Below, in pieces: positions 62,483 to 64,000 of a DNA stretch of 64,000 bases. How positions within the stretch are numbered: position 1 is the stretch's first letter; each line of letters opens with the position of its first letter. Origin of the DNA: Nymphaea colorata (lineage: Eukaryota); assembly GCF_008831285.2 (NCBI RefSeq), contig NC_045138.2:21700001-21764000 (forward strand), given 5' to 3'. The notes beneath the pieces were generated by a model that saw only the letters and a program-made list of their open reading frames with translations, had not been told where the DNA came from and did no database searches. Position numbers and translations under genes: made by a program.

Positions 62483-62594
62483 GATCCGCAGGCTTATTTA
62501 TAACTGACAACATCTCAGCAAGTTGTTTGTGATGAAAAGATCCGCAGGCTTATTTATAACTGACAACATCTCAACAAGCTGTTTGTGATGAAAA
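62483..62594 (+). repeat. 56-bp tandem duplication
   Basis: GATCCGCAGGCTTATTTATAACTGACAACATCTC...TGTGATGAAAA at 62483 and 62539, two mismatches. Confidence 0.92.
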
Positions 62595-64000
62595 GTCACG
62601 ATTAAACCTTCAAAAGCTGAAACCTTGGCATACCAGGTAATACAACTAAGTTGGATATGGTTTCCAAAAAATATATTATAAAGGATAAATACGACCGAAC
62701 TTGGTTGCCATAACCATTTTTGGAACAGATTTTCAATTAGCTTTCAGAAACATTTTGCTAAAGTTGGATTTTTGCTATATAAGTATCAAATGATTTTTAG
62801 TTCTATGCATTGTTTATGCATATTTTAGTGGAGCTAAATTGTTTTACAAAGAGGGGTTCATTTAATGGTAAATGATTGTACTGGATCTCAAGAAGAATGA
62901 AATATTTATACTGCGAAAAGCATTACTGTGATTGATCAACAATTTTTCTACATATGTTAGAATAGAATGCTAAAGCTCAATTAGTTTGTCTTGTTGCCAT
63001 CAGGAAACTTGTTTGTATAGTTTGATAAGTTACAATAAACAATGTTATAGACAGTGATTGTTAATGGCTTAATGATATTATCAACGTACATGCTCTTCTA
63101 GTGGAATTTCAAAATAAGGCATGTTCCTATAGTTTCTTCTGAATCTAAGGTATTATGAAGTTCAAACAATTCTATTCAAAAGTTTTACATAAAAATAAAT
63201 TCAAAGAGTTAGAACAAAAAATTATCCTTACATTATGCCACCTAGAAAGGATTTTTTTTTCCCTTATGTTTTTATTGTTATTATAGTGCATTCACCTCTT
63301 CACCTAGCAAGGGAGGGATTATTAGATGACCTAGTGCAATGTCGAAAAGTATTTATAGAAAGGTATAGGTACTACATTTGGAGTATAGTTAATACATATT
63401 ATATAGTTGAGAACTTACAAATAATGCAATTAAAAGATTGATCTATAGTGCATGCATGTGTTCTATTTAATGCAACAAACTCATTTTTATTTTCAGGCTA
63501 TGAAAATGCAATTTCTTCTATATGCCTAGGATAAAATGTTTCCTCTTGCAATTGAGCCCCCCCGAAAAAAAAAAAAAAAATCAATGTTAAAGGGATAAGA
63601 ACATAATATGATGAACTGAAATTGAGTTGGAGGCTTATAGTGTAGTGTCATGGAAGATGAATGAACTCATTAAAGGACAACAATGTTGATAAGTCTTCTT
63701 GCATATTATCCTAGAGGTTTTTTTTTGTGGGGAAATGGTCTCAACACTATTGCGCTTCATATTTTTGATGATGTTGTTAAATAAATAGTTTTTAAGGAAT
63801 ATACTATATGTAATTCAACACAAATAATATAGCAAATTATAGAGCGGCAAGTTCATTTCAGACTTTAGAATATGGGTCATTCTTTGTACTTTATATGTTA
63901 CTCAGTACATCAACTATTCACTAATGCCAAGGAATGACATGAAAACAATATTTATACTCATTCTTATGTATTGAATTTGATGATAAAATGAGGGTGACTT

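Noticed and set aside
62522..62570. C/D-box snoRNA-like GTGATGA...CTGA with short terminal stem
   Set aside because: Only ~35 nt long and created by the junction of the 56-bp tandem duplication.
62600..64000. Possible highly decayed DNA-transposon coding region
   Set aside because: No diagnostic motif could be read with confidence.

Overview
Flowering-plant nuclear DNA with four intact protein genes, all on the minus strand. They are an intronless G-type lectin S-receptor-like kinase (1272-3815), UFD1 (18175-28620, 9 coding exons), a SnRK2 kinase (41155-43778, 9 exons) and chlorophyllide a oxygenase CAO (55674-60021, 9 exons, last intron GC-AG). There is also one tRNA-Pro(CGG) gene (31166-31237, +). 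Intergenic DNA is rich in small transposons: non-autonomous hAT elements with 8-bp TSDs, a decayed 6.2-kb hAT, three copies of a ~460-bp TRIM mini-retrotransposon, MITEs, and LINE and Copia remnants. The most striking structure is at 8.5-10.9 kb. A 1.6-kb non-autonomous hAT (perfect TSD GTAACACC) appears to have captured exon 1, intron 1 and exon 2 of a prolyl 4-hydroxylase (P4H9-like) gene with open frame and intact splice sites, making it a Pack-hAT. It sits inside the 3' LTR of a TRIM, which itself sits inside a MITE-like repeat. A related element 2-3 kb away carries different cargo. All gene models were built by eye from splice signals and remembered protein-family motifs; no database search was run.
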